This document shows positions 26,530-40,590 of a stretch of 64,000 nucleotides of DNA, piece by piece. This stretch comes from Lingula anatina (Eukaryota; Animalia; Brachiopoda). The DNA lies in NCBI GenBank assembly GCA_051362555.1, contig CM120647.1, positions 6,634,001 through 6,698,000 on the forward strand. Reading direction: 5' to 3'. Both the position numbers and the translations under genes were made by a program. The notes under the pieces are model-generated. The model was not told where the DNA came from, made no database searches, and worked only from the letters and a program-made list of their open reading frames with translations. Positions within the stretch are counted from its first letter, which is position 1, and every line of letters begins with the position of its first letter.

Positions 26530-27999
26530 AACTCGCATCTTATATACGAATGGAGAAGTGTGTAGTCAGGTGTGTCGCTACCAATTAACTACCATGTCTG
26601 TTGCGCTGCGCTGCTGCGGTAATTTAATTGGGTAGTGCTCCTTTGGGTTGGTCAAAGCTTGGCTTTGGCAAAGTATGGTTCTGTCAAAAAAGTTTCCGTA
26701 TGTCGACAACTACTGCATAGAATAGTTTGAAATTCTGCATGCAAGCGGACGGTTTTGCAGTGCGTAAAATGAGCTAAGCAGTGCTTATAAAATTGTTTAT
26801 CTGTGGCAGAATGGCGCGAAAAAGACAGATATTGCCAGCCAGATTATTGAGCCAAACTGAACGGTTTCCCACAGTTTTATAGAGTAATGCCCAAACTGAT
26901 GTACTTACACAGAGGTCTCACCCAATGTATCGAAATCTTACCACCAGGTTACAGGACCCACTGTCTTTCAGGATATGATGCTGCAACTAAACAAAAACCA
27001 CCCAGTCCGTTCAGAATGAGGGATAAGTGAAAAAATGCGTTTTTCAAGGCCCTTAGCAAACGCCAAACTGGTTTTAGCAGGTTAGAATACCAGTCGACCT
27101 CTGTGAAAAGAACTATAAACATCAAAACATCGCCTGTTTCTCTAATGAATTGGGGACCATGACGGTTTCTAGGTATAACACTGAAACCGCGCTGCTTTCT
27201 TTATTGAAGTCAGATTTCACCTGTACCGCTCAACTAGTCAAAACAGAGTTAACATACATCCAGAATAGGCCTACGACGAAGTGACTATGGTCATTGACAG
27301 CGTCAATATTTGGAGTGAATACCACATTGGTGCCAAAACATCAATGATGAAAACCTGAACCAGATCAAATAAAGAATTAATCCGGGAACCACTTGACTAT
27401 CATTTGATAGGGGGCACCTTAGGAACAAGTTTAGGTTGCACGGTGAGGTTGCCGGTTCACACAGAGCACTTTTAATAGTCGATAACTTACAGAACCAAAG
27501 GAATGAGCAGCTACCTTGGTCATCAAAATTGTCATATTTAAACCAAATATACAATGTGAGGGTAGGCCATTGCTCGTCGAATCAACGGCCTACATGTCCT
27601 ACAACTAAACTGGGCCAAATTAGACAAGTTTTGACCGATGCCTGGAATGTTTTTCAGATTGAAATCTAAAAACGTATCCCAGGGAATGCCAACGACCGTT
27701 GCTGTGACTAGACTGACATGAGGGTCCTTTGAGGAGCGTGTAACTCTTTTACAGACGATAATTTGGAAAATATGGAGATCCAAATTATCTCTTTTAATGG
27801 TTTCGTATGACATAAGATAGGCAATGTATTTTTGTTTGCTTCACTGACAAATACAGTTAATGAACTGATGTCACAATGACATCAAAGAGACAATTAAAAG
27901 TTATTAAGACACGATTTTAATCCTTTTTTTCATTTATCAGTCAGCAAAATAGTTTAAAAAAACTGACGAAAAACGGAGAAAATCGTTCACATAAAAAGT

Positions 28000-28038
<39 letters not shown>

Positions 28039-30687
28039 ATGTATATTTGTATATATGTATACATGAAAATATGATTTCATGTATGTCTGTATGTATGTAG
28101 GTACTGTTAAGTCTTCTGCACGTTAAAAAAAACAAACAAAAATGATGATCTATATTGCGGACAAAGGTAATCAAATTTACAGTTTAGCTGTATAACATTT
28201 CGTCTGTGTACATGTATGTGCCGGTATGTTTGTGTGTGTATCTATGTTTGTGTTAGAAATAAGAATTGTTTTGCGAATGATTTGTCAAAACAAGCGTCAT
28301 ATTTCCTGCAATATCTTCCATTTTCAGTCACATGACTCCAAGGGCAAATCTGATTGGAGCGCCTGCAGCGCCACCTGCCGTGGTGGACTGCAGACGAGAA
28401 GATGTAGCGACACCAGCGTCGTCACGCTGGTGTGTAAACTTCAGCCTTGTGGTAGGTTACCTTCAAACACTTGAAATAACATACTGATAGGTAAAGATGT
28501 TGGGATTCCGGTGTTGTGGTGTCCTAACGAAAAAGTCCCAAAGTCCTTTTTTCGTAAGGGTGTGGGGTGTGGGGTTGGGGTGGGGGGATCGATAGTCGAC
28601 ATTGCTCCCAATGTTCAAACATGTCAGTCCTGGGCACAATGAGAAGGGTAAGGGACCCTGTACTGATATATGTGCTGGTTGTAGGAAATACATGTAGCTA
28701 TGCTGAGAAACGTTTAAGACGCAAAAGTGACATCGGGCTCTTTGTCCATTAGGACATACTACAATTATAAGATGCGTTGCCTGAAGAAGCTGCCCTTTTT
28801 TTTTTTTTTCAAGTAAATATATTGATTGTAAGAGAACCACAAAGCCCAATGTTTTTTATGGTGATCTTATGTATACAAAATATATGCCAAATATATAATA
28901 GTCGGAAATAAGCCTTGTCGATCCCTGGTAAAAATGGCGACACAGGGTGTTCCGTTGAGTTTCGCTCTTGGTGCTTCCATTAAAAGGAGCAAACAGTACA
29001 AACTATGTCAAATATTGCTCGTAAAAATCTGCAAAACTCTTTATTTCAGTGCCACCACCTCTAGGCTTCTGGCCGCTGCAGAGCTCCACTAGGGGTCGGG
29101 ATTGTAGTCTCCATGGCAACCATGCTCACGTTCACGGTGTATCATTCCATCGTGGTAAGAGTATGTATGTGTAGTAATTGAGCTGACACTTAGTTAGAGA
29201 AACTATTAACTATGTTTTTACAAGTGAAAGCCACTTACTTATAATTATCCCTTTTGAATAAAGCTAGACGTATCATGATATATTTGCACTGAATATATAT
29301 ATGTTAACCATTTTGATTCAGTTTTAATGGCTAACAGTTTGTCTTCTGGCCCACACAGTTACGAGTAAGTCGATGGTCGATAAGGGGTACTATAAGAATT
29401 TTTTGGGGTTGGGGGGAGTAATATAACCCTGGGGTAAGAAGTAATGGGGTATGATAACTTTGTATACGTAGTAGCATAAAAAACTAAATGTCACTGATTA
29501 ATCATGATCAATAGACTGTCATCTAGAGATGACAATTCACAAATGCTGTGAGAAAGTGATGACTACTTATTTTAAAAGAAATTTTCACAATAGCCCCGGG
29601 GGGGGGGGGGGGGGGACCTAAAAAACCTAGATAAAATATAAGTAAATTATTGTCAACAATCTATCCGTCTGAATTAAAAGATGAAGCTGCCATCCCATTT
29701 ATTTTCTACAAATGTAACTCTTTTTATTTTTCTGAGCCACTATAGTATTTACTTTCTATGCTTTCTTTTGTATCTTAACATTATTGTCTTATTGTTTAAT
29801 TTTTTTCTAAACGTTTTACTTATTTCATAAGAAAATATGTTATGATAGGGGTATTTAAATTCAGCATATGATACTAATATAACCATAAACCACGGGGAAA
29901 ATGTTTCAGAATATTGATAATTCCTGCGTCTTACTCTGTATAGTCTTAAGATAAGGCACACAATTACCCAACATACAATTGCACTTCGAATGTACTTTTC
30001 ACATCAGGAAAACAGTTATAAAGGTACCTCGGTGTATTTGATATTAACACATATCATTGGATGATCGACCCATCAGGTTATACAATTATGTTTCATTTTC
30101 TAGAAAGCTACGATGACGCATACAGTTCTGCAAAATTTGCGGGAACGACCTGGTCCTATCTGACAATTCCTAATAAAGGTGCCACATTGGAGACTCGCTC
30201 GTTTACGTACGTCGCCTTTGTGAGAATCTTCCTTGAAGGCCCCAGGCGTAGTGGTCCCCTGTTTAATTTCCAAATAGGCGAAAATGGTGTTTTCAGCAAG
30301 TACGGCACCCACATTTGGTTTACGCATTCTAATGGATTGTTTGTCGAATTGACAAGCGCGCAGCCATATAAGTACCTCGGCCACTTTAAACGTCCGGTAT
30401 TTTCAGGCTCCACTAATTGGGTTCACGTTGCCGTTTCCTACGACTATACCACAGGGTTGTACCACATTTACAAGAACGGCGTTGAACTGGGGGAGTCATA
30501 TGTCGGCCGACACATCCATGCTACAAGCGGTTCGGTTCGTATTGGCGCGCGCCACCTATCGTCTGGCGATACCCGCTCCTTCAAGGGAGCCATGAAGTGC
30601 GTACAGTGGTTTGGTGAAGCGCTCAACGCAAAGCAGATTCAGGAGACCATGCATGCTTGCGATAACCCTGTGCCCTGTCGTGGTTAG
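26253..30687 (+). CDS. Secreted TSP1-like + LamG/pentraxin-like protein, copy 2 (about 292 aa)
   Basis: Exons 26253-26318, 28328-28451, 29050-29154 and 30104-30687. All introns are GT-AG with phases 0/1/1 and the ORF is intact. Paralogous to copy 1. Confidence 0.9.
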
Positions 30688-31587
30688 TCCACAGACCTCT
30701 CCCAGAATATGGACTTATTTCTAAAATATTACTCATTTATTTTCCTTTTACGCCGATGTCCTTCTCTTGAAACACGATAAAGAAATTGTAGTCTTTGAAG
30801 ATCGAAATTAATTACATTGCTTTTCTTTTTTCTTTTTTTTTTCTTTTATATATTCAATACATTTGAGTAAAATTGTATTGTGATGAAAACTATTCAAAAA
30901 GATGAATTGGCAGACAATCAAAATATATTGCATTTTGATTGATACAGGTACTTGTTCTGTTTCATTTCTGATTCTTCATATTTAATTTTTGGACATATGT
31001 GTAGATCTAGCTAACTGATCATTTAATTAAATGAAATCTGATCAGGCGATCTTTTGTATTGGTTTTTGAATGAAATGTTGGTTTCATTTTTTCCTTTAGT
31101 TTTAATTTAGATAACTACACGTGGAAAAGGTCTCTCCTTCAGTTTCGTTCTTCATGTAAAGTACAAGATTCAGGATGAATATGGCGAATTCCTTAACACG
31201 AAACACGAATTATTTTTACCGTGTCTCTTCATTTCCATCAACTATGGGATTGAACCTAAAAGACAGGGGATGTCTTAACATGTATTTCACATTTATACTG
31301 TCAATATGAGGGAACCTGACTTAAAGCTATTTCTTGATAAATGTTTGAAGTATCCAAATAGAATATTACTGTTGTAATATTAAATGGGTCGAATTTGAAA
31401 AAAAAAAATCACCGGATTTAACCTTCTAGTCATTCTGATTTGCCGGCAGGAATATACTTTCCAACTTCAAGTGTAATTCTACACTTAGCAGAAGAAACCA
31501 CAGAAGATACCTATAAAGCCACAGTGCGCATGCGCTCCGATTGTATTAGCGGTAAAATAGTTGTCGTAAACCCCCCGACATCTATCG

Positions 31588-34096
31588 CAGGGGCGTAACC
31601 AGACCTTTTAAATTTGTACGCACAGAATTTTAAAATTCCCAGGTATAGCTAAATGTAGATCGACTTACGCAAAAGATGAAGGGCAGTTTAAATTATATGT
31701 GCCAAATATAATAGCTTAGTTTTCACCGTTTATAAAATCATTACTTAAAGTTTAAAATATTCCCTCAATATAATTAAGTTCCAGTAAATTATTTCACCCA
31801 GAACCAACGCTTTTTCTGGGATTGGGGTACAGGCCATGCATAATTGCCATCTGTATCTTACTTCAAAATGTCAGGGCCTCAAACTTTTCCAAAAGCCGTG
31901 AGCGGGGGTGGGGGTGGGGAAAAATTAATGGAATCTTTTTTTAATAATAAATTTCATTGGGAAAGAGGGTTAAAAATAATTGATACCGATCTCCCGTCAC
32001 GCTCTTCCACGAAAGAACGCCCTTGTATGAATATAAAAATTGCCTTCTCGTCTCGCTCGGATCGCGAACGATCTCTGGCTGACGATCTTCTGCGAACGAA
32101 GTTCATTGAACGAATGTGAAAATTGCTTTCTCTTTTCGCTTAGATCATGCTCGATCTCCTGCTGAAGATACGAAAATTGGCTTCTCATCTCGCTGCGGTC
32201 GGTAACTATCTCTTGTTCCCGATCCTCGGTTAACGAAGTCTCTTGAACAAATATGAAAATTGCCTTCTCGTCTCTTTCGGACTGCGAACAATCTCTCGCC
32301 GAAGATATAAAAATTGCCTTTGTTATGTATTAGCTTTGTCAGGTGCCATACGTATAAAGATCCGAAAGGTGTCCCCTTTCATAATTTGGCGGCAAGTTAG
32401 GTCATATTTCATTTAGGGCCTACACATGTTTTGTACCGAATGTAGATCATTCTTGTCACTTCTGCATTATATATTTTAAAGTCAATGGAAACATTTTATT
32501 GTGTTTTGTAAGCTTTAGGTAGTAGTTACGTCGTGACTGAAAAACAGCGTGCACTACAAAGTAGTATAATATTCATACGTCCAATTACTGCAATGGATTT
32601 TCATACGACGTCCACAGCTACCCCGACAAGTCAAGACTTTTTTAATCGTAAGCCATCCAGCCTTCTAAATTTGAAAACATAGGCCGTCCAGTGATGACAG
32701 CGGCCGTTCAATTGGCAGCTGGAGGGCTCGCTGAAAAAAGCCTTGCTTAGAATGGTATATTTATTGAACTAGGGGCTTACTGACACAAACTTTGAAAACA
32801 TATGCAAATTATGCCCGCTTTATCAAGCTAAATTCTAAATAACGGTGAGGCTCCTTTGTTCGATGTGGTTTGTTGCGGTTATCCCGAGTTGTCAGAAAAT
32901 AATCTTAAGAACAGTTGATCGTTGTAGGATTCATACACCTTCTTGCTATCCATGGCAGGGCTGTAGCCTCCGGGGAGGCAGGGGGGGGCAGCTGCCCCCC
33001 CCCCCTGGAAATTGGGGTGCAAAAAAAATGATCGCAAAGGTAAAAAAAAAATAATTGCAAAGTTGGTATTAATTCTGTGAGAAAAGGCACTCATGGCCAC
33101 TAGACAATCATTCAACAATCTGTTTACAAAGGTGTACTGTTTTTAGCCAACTCAGTTTATGCCAAAAAGCTCACCCTCCGTGTTGTGTTGAAAAAATGAC
33201 TGTACTTATGGCAAAATGAACCCACAATTTCTGACCTCTGATTGGCCAATAAATAACATTTAAAATGCACCAGAATGCAGTATTATACATTAAGTTTTTG
33301 AAAATTTTCCACACCGTGGGAGGGAGGCACCCCCTCCCCCCTCGGGGGCTTCGCCCCCTCGTGTCCGCTTACTGCCCCCCCCCCCCCCCCCCTGGCATTT
33401 TGCTCAGGCTACGGCCCTGCATGGTCAGCTTAATGATGAATCTTCTAAAAGTTGAACTTATATATGGTATCATCCAAAATCAAACAATTATATTACAGGA
33501 TAAAGCTCTGTTTGTTTGTGAAAAATTGCCCATATCACCCTGTAAGTTTAGAGGGTTAAGCTGGGTCAAGTCCGTGTCAAAATTCTTTAGAGCTTTGCAG
33601 GAAATATTTTTTTGTTTCTCTGGCTCCTTATAAAGCCCGTTGTCCAGATTTTATCTAGTGTCCCCAGGTCTGCTGGAACTGCTCTTTGAAAATAACACAG
33701 GTAGATTTTTATCTGAGATAAATCTCGCCAGCGAGTGTGCATTCGACACACTTAAGACAAGGGCTACCTGAGAGTTGAAGGGCATTCAAACCTCCAATTA
33801 AGAGGCAAAGGAAGTTCCAGCTAGATGGACGATTAAGATAGGACTTCTGGAGGTAGCTAGTATTGTTTATTTACCTCAGTTCTGTGAAAGCAAACGAGAC
33901 GGGGGGCGTCAGAACAATGGTGCGTATACGATTCATACAGAAGATTTGTACATTCAGGTGACTCTAACTTGCAATCGAAGTGGATTTTCGATTATTTTTC
34001 GTGAAAAATACACTAAATTTATAGAGAATAATATCATGATTGGCTCAAAAAATTGTACGCACAGTGCATCCGTGCGTATGCCTAGTTACGTCCATG
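31588..34096. mobile_element. About 2.5-kb non-autonomous DNA transposon with 5-bp TSD
   Basis: Ends CAGGGGCGTAACCAG / CTAGTTACGTCCATG; flanks TATCG / TATCA. The paralogous empty site at about 23950 reads gacatcTATCAtttctgg. A related shorter element lies at about 36284-37362 and a remnant at about 21095-21235. Confidence 0.85.
32956..33419. mobile_element. MITE nested in the 2.5-kb element; 5-bp TSD CATGG
   Basis: TIRs CAGGGCTGTAGCCT / AGGCTACGGCCCTG with direct repeat CATGG on both sides. Confidence 0.88.
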
Positions 34097-35093
34097 TATC
34101 ATTTCTGGAGCTTGAAACACTTCAGATTGTTGTCATATTGGACGAAATAAATGATTAAAGAGTAGCTTCCACACGTATACCTTAACCAGTTACAGCAGCA
34201 TTGGCAAATTAGCTGGTTTGGTAAGAGCTGAGCTGGTTCGGGACTACCAGCTCAACGTTTGCTCGTACATTTTCCCACAATGCAGTTCGATATCCCTACT
34301 GAGCCACATCCGGAAAGTGAAGAATGGGTCTCTCTGGTTATTTGCTCCATCACATGAATATTCTTTTAAATAAAATTCTTTAAGGTATCCTATCAAAAAC
34401 TGTTGAATTTCCATTGAAGAAGTAACAGTTGTACAATGCCTAATTATTTAATCAAAAAGAAAAGAAAGGCTAACCAGTAGAACAAAGATAATGAACTCAT
34501 AATAGCAGTAGCTTAGAACTAAATAAAGAATGGTTTATTATGACACAGTGTATCAGTCAAACTTTTTTTGGGAACGTTTCAACAAGCGAAGTGAGGATAT
34601 CAAACATGACCAAAATTGGCGATAGTATTTCGAGAGACGGAAACCATTCGGGAATCGTGCGGAGCACGAGAGCTTTCTCTCTGAAGCCCCTGTGATCAAA
34701 TTCTTATGAGATGATTCGTTTATAAAATAATCAGTCGCATGAAAACTTATGTGTCGATTCAAATTGTCTATATGCTAGAAGTGCCTTAGTCAAAGTAATC
34801 GAAAACCTTCGAAAATTTGAGCTTACAGCTTGTTAAATTATAATCACAATGAAAGTACACGCTGTAGGTAGTAAGAAAACAATATCAGGTGGGAATGAAA
34901 TTTTCTGTAAGGAGAAATCTGTGTTTGCATCGGGCTTAAAGAAACAAGAGTCCGGATCTTTAGTTACAGTTTCAGGAAGCCTCTTCTTTGCCGTTCAAAA
35001 ATAGCAGTCAATTGTTTACAGAGCTCAAGTTTTGGTATCTTTTTTCTCACAGATTGTGATTCGTATCGCAATTTCTCCCATTTCACGCATTCT

Positions 35094-35173
35094 TATAAAA
35101 ATGCATCATTCACTGATAAAACCACGTTGACGGCTCACGTCTGCTCACTGTCGAGATCGTTGTTTTATTGAAG
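35094..35173 (+). promoter_or_regulatory. Putative TATA box and non-coding first exon of TSP1-LamG copy 3
   Basis: Homologous to 19549-19628; TATAAAA at 35094 and donor GAAG|GTAAGG after 35173. Confidence 0.55.
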
Positions 35174-35872
35174 GTAAGGTAATAATTTAGAATAAGAGTT
35201 AAATTGAGTTTTGAAGAGTAAAACCATTATACTTTAAAATGATGTTGATAGTTAACTATTTTCTAGTATTCGCACAGACAAACGCAGAAAGTTTTTTCGA
35301 CAATTTACGAGCGCATAATAATTTGTACATTTGGCCCTGATGAAGTGGTTGCTTGACTGAACATATACTATTTCATATTTAAATGATGACTTGTTCTATT
35401 TGTTCGTTCAGCAATTACACAAACTTACGGTACAGATCGAGTATAATTAATTATCTCTTTAATATAAAAAAACACCAGTGGAAGAAATGAGTACCAGCTA
35501 AAACATTCATTTTGTTTCACGTTTCCATGCACTTAGTACTGAAGTTTGATAGTTTAAGCAATACATTGTTTTAAAAAGTTTGATTACATGATTTTTCTCT
35601 TTGAGCTGCACCTTTAACATCAAAAGTTCTAGTTCTATAGTTCTAGGAGGAATGTAGCGCTTGTCAAACTAAAACTGATGCTCACATATTTACAGACCCA
35701 GGCATACACGCTTGATCCAAACGCGCACACATATGCATACGCACATGGATATTTATATTCGCTCGCACGTACACATGCACACACTTGTGTACGTACGCCT
35801 ACTCGCACAAATGCAAAGCCTTGTTAGGAATACACTTACACACTCGCATGTGTACGATAGCATGGACACGCG

Positions 35873-35919
<47 letters not shown>

Positions 35920-36074
35920 ACATGTACGCACATAAGTGAACACAAAGAGAAGCTTACATGTACACTCATATGAATGACAAATTTTCACATATTACACAGT
36001 TCCTTATTTACCAAATTTTATGCTGTCTATCTACACTTTGTTTTTTTTTTTTCTTAAAGGCAAAGACACTGACA

Positions 36075-37889
36075 ATGTCATTAAAATACTTGCCGTGGTG
36101 TTTCCTGTTTGTATTGGCTGTCTTCTGTGCTGGAAGTCAGGTAGGCATTTAACTACAATTTAACTACAGTTTATTAAGAGTCACATCTGTGAATTAAACA
36201 TAAGCATGGTGTTCATTGTATGTATGTATGCATGTATGTATGTATGTATGTGTCTATGTATGTGTGCGTGTGTGTAGGTTAAACAGTAACGTAGCCAGAT
36301 CTTTAAAAACTGCGCTCAGATTTTCAAATTTCCCAGGTACACCTAAAATCTACCTGTATGGTATCATCCAGTTTACATGCAGGTACGTGGCTCCCCAAAT
36401 CAACCAATTATATTACAGGATAAAGCTCTGGTATATCAAATTTTAATTATTTATTTGTGAAAATTGCCCATGTCAACCTGTTAGTTTAGAGGGCTGAGCT
36501 GGATCAAAATTCTTTGAACCTTTGCAGGAAAATCTTATTTTGTTTCTCTGGCTTCTTATTTAGCTCTATGTCCAGATGTTTCTAGTGTGCCCTCAGGTCA
36601 GCTGGAGCTGCTCTTTGAAAATAACGCACATGCATATTTTTACCTGTAATAAATATCGCCATCGAGAGTCCGTTCGATACACTCAAGACAAAGGCTACCT
36701 GAAAGTTGAAGGCCACTTAACCCTCCAATTAAGTGGTAAAGGAAGTTCTAGCTAGATGAAGGATTAAGATAGGGTTTCTGAAAGTAACTAGTATCGTTTA
36801 CTTCAGTTCTGTGAAAGCAAACGAGATGGAGCGTCAGAGCAGTGGTAGTATACAATTTACACAGGAGATTTGTACATGTACATTCAGGTGACTTTAAAGG
36901 GAAAACAACTCTTCGAATGAGATCTATATTTCACAATAAGTACATTGTAAACAACTCATAGAAATAAAATAAATCTATTATAGTATATCTATAATAGCAT
37001 TTTACCACAAAAAAGACAGCTGTAGCAATAAATCTGAAATATATGCTTGCCATCTGACCACGTGACCTCCGTAGAAAGCTATACTCTGTAATTATCTCTT
37101 AAAGATAATTACAAAAAAAAACTTTTTAGAAAAAAACAGGGACTAAGTTGAATGTAGAAATGGATTCATTAACCATTGGTAAATATGGGGAAATTGCCGT
37201 TTATCCCAACAAAATTCATTTTTGGCCAAAATGAACAGTTGTTATCCTTTTAGGGGATTTGCGATTATATTCTGTGAAAATTACATTTAATCTTTGGGAA
37301 TAATATCATGGTTGGCCCCAAAAACCGTACGCACAGAGCATCCGTGCGAATGCCTGGTTAGGTTTGTGAATTATGTCCTCTGTCCGTTTTTGAAAAAAAA
37401 ATAATGATCCATATTGCGGACAAAGGTAATCAAATATAGAGTTTAGCTTTTGGTCTATGTGCATGTATGTGTGTGAGTGTGTGCATGTGTGTATATGTTG
37501 GCGTGTGTGTCCGTGTATGTGTTAGAAATAAGAATTGTTAAATGTGAATGATACGTCAGAGCAAGTGCAATATATCCTGCAATACCGTTCATTTGTAGTC
37601 ATGTGACTCCAAGGGCAAATCTGATTGGAGCGCCTGCACCGCTTCTTGTGGTGGCGGTCTGCAAACTAGAAGATGTAGTGACACCAGCATCGTCGCGCGG
37701 GCGTGTAATTCTCAGTCTTGTGGTAGGTTATCTTCAAACTCTTGAAATAACATAGGTAAATGTGTTGGTGTAGCGGTGTTGGTGATGCCCTAACGAAAAA
37801 GTACTATAGGATCTTATAGGGTCCTAGAAAAAAAATCTATAGGACTTAGAAGGTTGGCTTTTATTTTTAAACGTTAGACGTAAATAAAA

Positions 37890-37959
<70 letters not shown>

Positions 37960-38234
37960 GAGGAGCAAACGGTGCAAACCATGTCAAATATTGTGAGCAA
38001 AGTCCTCCAAACTCCTTATTTCAGTTAAAGTACCACCACCTCGCGGCTTCTGGCCGCTGCAGAGCTCCACTAGAGGGCGGGATTGTAGTCTCCATGGCAA
38101 CCACGCTGACGTGCACGGTGTATCATTTCATCGTGGTAAGAGTCAGTAATGGTTATGAACTTGGAGGGACGAGGCGCTTATGGCACTGTTTCCTTTTATT
38201 CACTTTGAATTAATAAAGCTACGTCCAGTTCTTT

Positions 38235-38273
<39 letters not shown>

Positions 38274-39028
38274 TTTTTTTGTAAGTCTTAATATAAACTG
38301 CAAAGTTACCCGACATATAATTGCACTTTGAATTTACTTGTCTCATCAGGAAAACAGGTCTAAAAGTACGTTGATGTATTAAAGATTTTAATAGATATGA
38401 TTGGATGATCGACTTATAAGGTTATACTTTTATGTTTCATTTTCTAGAAAGCTACGATGGCGCCTACAGTTCTGCAAAATTTGCGGGAACGGTCATGTCC
38501 TATCTCACAATTCCTAATGAAGGTGCCAAATTGGAGACTCGCTCGTTTACGTACGTCGGTTTTGTGAGAATCGTCGCTAACGACTCCAAGAATGAGAGTC
38601 CCCTGTTTAATTTCCAAATTGAAAAAAATGGTGCTTTCATAAATTTCGGCACCCATATTTGGATTCAGGGTTCTAATAAACTCTATGTTCTTTTGATGAT
38701 TGCCCAGCCGTACAAGTCGACTAGAGCCTATTCAATTCCGGTATTCTCAGGCTCTACCTGGGTTCACGCTGCCGTTTCCTACGACTATACCACCGGGCTG
38801 TACCATATGTACAAGAACGGCGTTGAATTGGGGGAGGCGTATGTCGGCCGACACATCCACAATACAAGCGGTCCAGTTCGAATTGGCGCGCGCCACGCTT
38901 CGTCTGGCGATGCCCGCTACTTCAAGGGAGCCATGAAGTGCGTACAGTGGTTTGGTGAGGTACTCACCGCAAAGCAGATTCAGGAGACCATGCACGCTTG
39001 CGATAACCCCGTGCCCTGCAGCTATTAA
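36075..39028 (+). CDS. Secreted TSP1-like + LamG/pentraxin-like protein, copy 3 (about 293 aa)
   Basis: Exons 36075-36140, 37599-37722, 38025-38135 and 38448-39028. Introns are GT-AG and the ORF is intact. AATAAA at about 39101. Confidence 0.9.
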
Positions 39029-40039
39029 TTCAAGGAAGTGGACTTTAGACTGAAATACTATCTAAATTATTTTAAGACCAAATTCTCAATATTGTCCCAG
39101 AATAAAGGAGCAGCAGTCTATGAAGAATCTGATTAGATTTATCGCTTGCTTTTTTATTTGAGATTTTCAATTTATTTCAGAAAAGTTGCATTTGGTGAAA
39201 AACATTCGAAAGGATTCTCTTCATGGAGAAATTGGTATTATATTTAGAGTGACCATTTTCTGATTCATTATTGATCATTTAAAGTCTTTTCTTTTGGAAA
39301 TATCTGTGAATCTAGCTTACTGAATAACTGAATAAATTCTAAGCAGATGATTAATTGTATTGAATTTTGTATGAACATGTTAACTTTATTTTTTTTTTTC
39401 TTCATTTTGTTCAACTTCCATCACCAGATTCGGAAAGGAACACCCCTTCTGTTGGTTCTTCATAAAAGTACAGGATGAACACCGTGAATAATTTAACCAA
39501 GGACGAACTTTTTTACCACGTCTCTTCATTTTCATCAGTTATGGGATTATATCTCAGAGAAAGTGGCGGCCTATATATCACAGTCATTGTGTTAATATGA
39601 TAGAACACTAGCTACACTAGCTACACTATCGATATGCTTGGAAAATTTCAACAGAATATCAGTTCGTGGTAGCAATAAGGCCGTGCGAGGATAAAAGGTC
39701 ACACTTAACCTACTCATCATTCAGATTTGCTGGAAAAATATTATATTTATTATTTTATTTATATTTTACATATTGTGCGGGAATTAAACTAAGTTCAGAG
39801 AAAAAGATGTGCATTAAGTTTCCCAAATCAATTTTGAAAGATTGAACAAGGAAATGATTTGTTCTGGCTAAAACCCCAATTGACCATAATGCATTATTTG
39901 TTGCATACTAGTAAGGTACAAAAACCTACTTAGCAGTCAGACCTGGCTGTGTCGCTGCTGGTGATATTGTTTCATTTCCTCAATTACTGTGGATATCAAG
40001 GACATTCAGCATTGCGTCATGTATAAAAGTTAATACATA

Positions 40040-40590
40040 CAGGCCTACCCAACTACCAGACTCGGCACCTAAGGGTCCTGAATTAACCGGTATATCGGAC
40101 CACATTACCCGTTTTCAAGGTGTGTGTCAGATCGCATTTCGGAGTATCAGCCAGAACACAGACAGGATGAGCCCTGGCATGCTCGGCTGTCACCTTGATT
40201 GGATAGTAAACGATTGTCGTAAAATCGCTATATGATTTTAAAACCGGGTGCATAAATTTGAAAGCCACCTAGATGAATCTTAGACTGCCACATTAATCTA
40301 ATACAATGCAAAAAAGCCCTATCAAAAGTGGTTAAAACATTCAAACCGAATGTCGTAAAGTCCCCATATATCCCCATAGAGACAATAAAATAGAGTACTC
40401 TAAAGTAAGAGTACAGTTTAAGGTTGTTCAGCCGAGCGTGGATGAGCCCGCAGTCGTGCTACAAAATTTGTTCTGGGGTATGATACTCCGAAATGCGATC
40501 TGACACATACCTTGAAAACGGGTAGCGTGGTCCGATATACCGGTTAATTCAGGATCCTTAGGTGCCGAGTCTGGCAGTTGGGTAGGCCTG
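40040..40590. mobile_element. MITE with about 110-bp terminal inverted repeats
   Basis: CAGGCCTACCCAACTACCAGACTCGGCACCTAAGG...GGAGTATCA is near-perfectly inverted at about 40481-40590. Flanks tacaTA / TAcgta. Confidence 0.9.

Noticed and set aside
26560-27830. About 1.3-kb segment unique to an intron of copy 2, with several short ORFs
   Set aside because: Probably an insertion, but I could not identify TIRs, a TSD or protein motifs, so no call was made.
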